Source of the DNA: Dicyema japonicum
Taxonomy: Eukaryota > Animalia > Dicyemida
Direction of reading: 5' to 3'
Assembly (NCBI GenBank): GCA_011109175.1
Contig: RDEW01000009.1
Span: forward strand, 878,227-942,226
DNA length: 64,000 bases
Notes under the pieces: generated by a model
What the model saw: the letters and a program-made list of their open reading frames with translations, nothing else
What the model was told of the DNA's origin: nothing
Database searches by the model: none
Program-made: the position numbers and the translations under genes
Part shown: positions 61,779 to 64,000 of the stretch, piece after piece
Layout of the letters: each line of letters opens with the position of its first letter
Numbering within the stretch: position 1 is the first letter of the stretch

Positions 61779-62360
61779 ATGAATTCCAATAAAATAGACA
61801 TAATTGATGTAATTTTGAAGGACATTTATAAACAGGTTGGTTATAGTACTGGATTAGAGTTGTATCCCTTCAAGGTTTTGTAGATATTGTGACTTAAAGA
61901 TTGAATGGTACAACCAAGTTGTTGATAATTATTACAAACTGCCTTATGAAGACAATAATCTAGCCTTCTGCCTTCTTACGGCACCAAGATTTTATGAAAA
62001 CACTCTAAAACCTACTTTTTACCAATCTTACAAAGAAAACTGTCAAAATTCACCCGATATTGTCGAGAATTCCGTCAAAACATTAGTTTCCAAAATCACT
62101 GGGGTAATTAAAATTATATTTAGAATAATTTTGTGCTGATTAATGAATCAGAATTTGATCATTCACGACGTCCAAGGGTTGTTGTGCAAACTGCAGCTCA
62201 TGTTTCAGGCTGTGCTTTCCTTCACAAATCAACGAAAGTTATTATGATCCTTAATATAAGAAGCTCATTGGTGTCTCAGTACATCCTAAATATGGACTTT
62301 TGATATTGTTTACAAGGAGCCTGTTAAAGTAATCACTGATTCGTATTCCGAACATTCTCT
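61779..62360 (+). pseudogene. MMACHC: MMACHC (CblC cobalamin processing) copy B: exons 1-3 intact, exon 4 internally deleted and truncated
   Basis: Exons 61779-61874, 61900-62103, 62124-62237 and 62261 onward read LELYPFK|IEWYNQ..LAFCLLTAP..|..RRPRVVVQTAAHVSG..|KLIGVSVHPKYG; then frameshift and DIVYKEPV..SYSEHSL; introns of 25, 20 and 23 nt. Confidence 0.9.
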
Positions 62361-62526
62361 CTGTCAGCTTCGACCATGATGTTTTGTTGCGCACTAGTTA
62401 TCTTAGGTAGTCCAGGTCGTCCGCCATTTCCATTATAATATCAGATGCTGTCCACACCTTCGTAACGTAGTGAATCAGGTTTTGATGGACTGCAAATCCG
62501 AGACCAAACACTAATTAAAACCTGAA

Positions 62527-63060
62527 TTGTTAAAATTTGACAATTTTTCAATTGCAATCGATAAAACAGTCGGAGTTGTTGGAATTGCACAATTATCAAT
62601 TCTCGTTAGATTGATAATTGTTAGAGCCTGTGATTCAGATTTTAATATTTATGTAGAATTTCTCGAACTAGTACCAATGCACGATACTACTACAAGTAAA
62701 TATGTTTTTGTAAAACTACTACAAACTCTCTTTGACTATGGCTTTGATTTAAAGAAGCTTGTATTTTTGTGCTCCGATATGGTTGGGCGACATGCTGGCT
62801 TTGCTGCCAAATTGTGAGCTGAAATAGAAAGTTAAATCCCTGGTCATCATTTGTTACTTTCGTTGTAATATTTATGGGTAAAATTAAAGATTTAAAAAAT
62901 GAAAAAAATACGATTGGTAATGTCACGAAGACAAAACATTCCCTCAAAAACCGACAGTTTAGTAAACTGCTGATATAAATAATCACTTCAACGACATTCA
63001 TTTTTATACTCCAATACGCTGGTTATCATCTCGATAGATTGCATAAAAAGAGCTAGTCTT
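62527..63060 (+). mobile_element. hAT (SPIN/GTF2IRD2-like) transposase fragment
   Basis: FSIAIDKT..AQLSILVR, EFLELVPMHDTTT and LCSDMVGRHAGF. Confidence 0.85.
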
Positions 63061-63223
63061 TGAAAGGTGTATTACTGTATTTGGAGATAAATTCAAGTTC
63101 GCCCTACACAGAGGAGGAACTCAGAACCCCTCAAACGCCAAGAAACCACTTTTCTGACTTTTTCGTTAATTTTTAGACTTTTGTTTTATTGATATATATT
63201 ATATTTTATATATATATAATTGA

Positions 63224-64000
63224 TTTTTAGGTTTTCCGCGGTCGAAGCAGCTGCTCCAGGTGTCTGAACCGATTTGAAAAGATTCGTGCTTGAAAATGTG
63301 TCAACACAAGTTGCGTCCTAGACTAATGATCTTCCGGATGTGTAAGGGAAAGGGGTCTTCCCGTAAGGTCTCGTTCCATCTCCTCGATCGAGACCCACTG
63401 GTTCAAGCTGTGACGGGAAGCCTGTAGCCTTCAAAGCTCTGACGATCACATCGTTCAGACGATAGATATTCCGGTTATCAACCTCCAACGCCGATCTTAG
63501 ACCGACACCCCCAAATCCAGAAGGAAGCTTACATTGCTTCCAACCAAGTTCGTCGAAGCGGACGTTAATTAGTGACTCAACAGTTTGTTTGAGAGATTTT
63601 TTTATCGAAAGTAGACTGTCGTATTGTTCGTACAGGGTGAACATCAAAGTAGATATAAAAGTTTTGGTAGTCCGATGTTGTTTCTCATCAGGAAGAAGGA
63701 TGTGTAAGAGTCGAGACAATCTTTTCGCGAAGTGTGTTAATTTTTCATTTTTGGAAAGTAGATGGTTCTTGAGTTTTTCTTCGCTGAGTGACATCCGAAG
63801 ATATATAATTTATCATTCTCAGAATTCCAGGAATCAGTTCGTTAAAAGACTCCATGATAGGGAGTAAGTCGGTGTTTGAATATGAGACATTTATTAGCTC
63901 TGATTTGATAACATTGATGTCCAAGCCCGAGTGGTTAAAGCGGGTAACGCTTTACGTAATGAATTGTATGTTTCCTTTAATGACACCGTACAGCTTCCGA
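63224..64000 (-). mobile_element. CRE-clade element, same subfamily as 23088, internally deleted and running off the window
   Basis: Colinear with 23318-24540 except for a deletion of about 440 bp. Confidence 0.92.

Overview
Eukaryotic (animal) genomic DNA, AT-rich and dominated by transposable elements, with islands of compact host genes whose GT-AG introns are mostly 20-30 nt. This fits a highly reduced parasitic metazoan; a dicyemid mesozoan is the best fit by inference, with orthonectids and myxozoans not excluded. Host genes reconstructed by hand: DMAP1 (5049-6502 +), CDK12/13 (6618-8402 -), RPL38 (12243-12539 -), an SS18-family gene (15399-16049 +), a spectraplakin (MACF1/dystonin/Shot-like; GAS2, EF-hand and spectrin-like exons, about 28078-37962 -), two broken MMACHC copies (61250-62360 +), and a cluster of putative LAMP-like membrane glycoprotein genes or pseudogenes (50.7-61.1 kb). 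Mobile elements: CRE-clade non-LTR retrotransposons (five copies or fragments, one with a PHD finger), R4/Dong-like and RTE-clade elements, jockey/I-like LINE relics, pogo/Tigger, hAT, Tc1/IS630-like and probable Mutator relics, and a tRNA-derived SINE family with interchangeable 3' tails. A ~2.85-kb segmental duplication lies at 51.7-54.5 and 58.2-61.1 kb. There are no prokaryotic features and no CRISPR. All assignments come from manual translation and recalled family motifs; no database search was run. Several single-base frameshifts fall in homopolymers and may be assembly errors.
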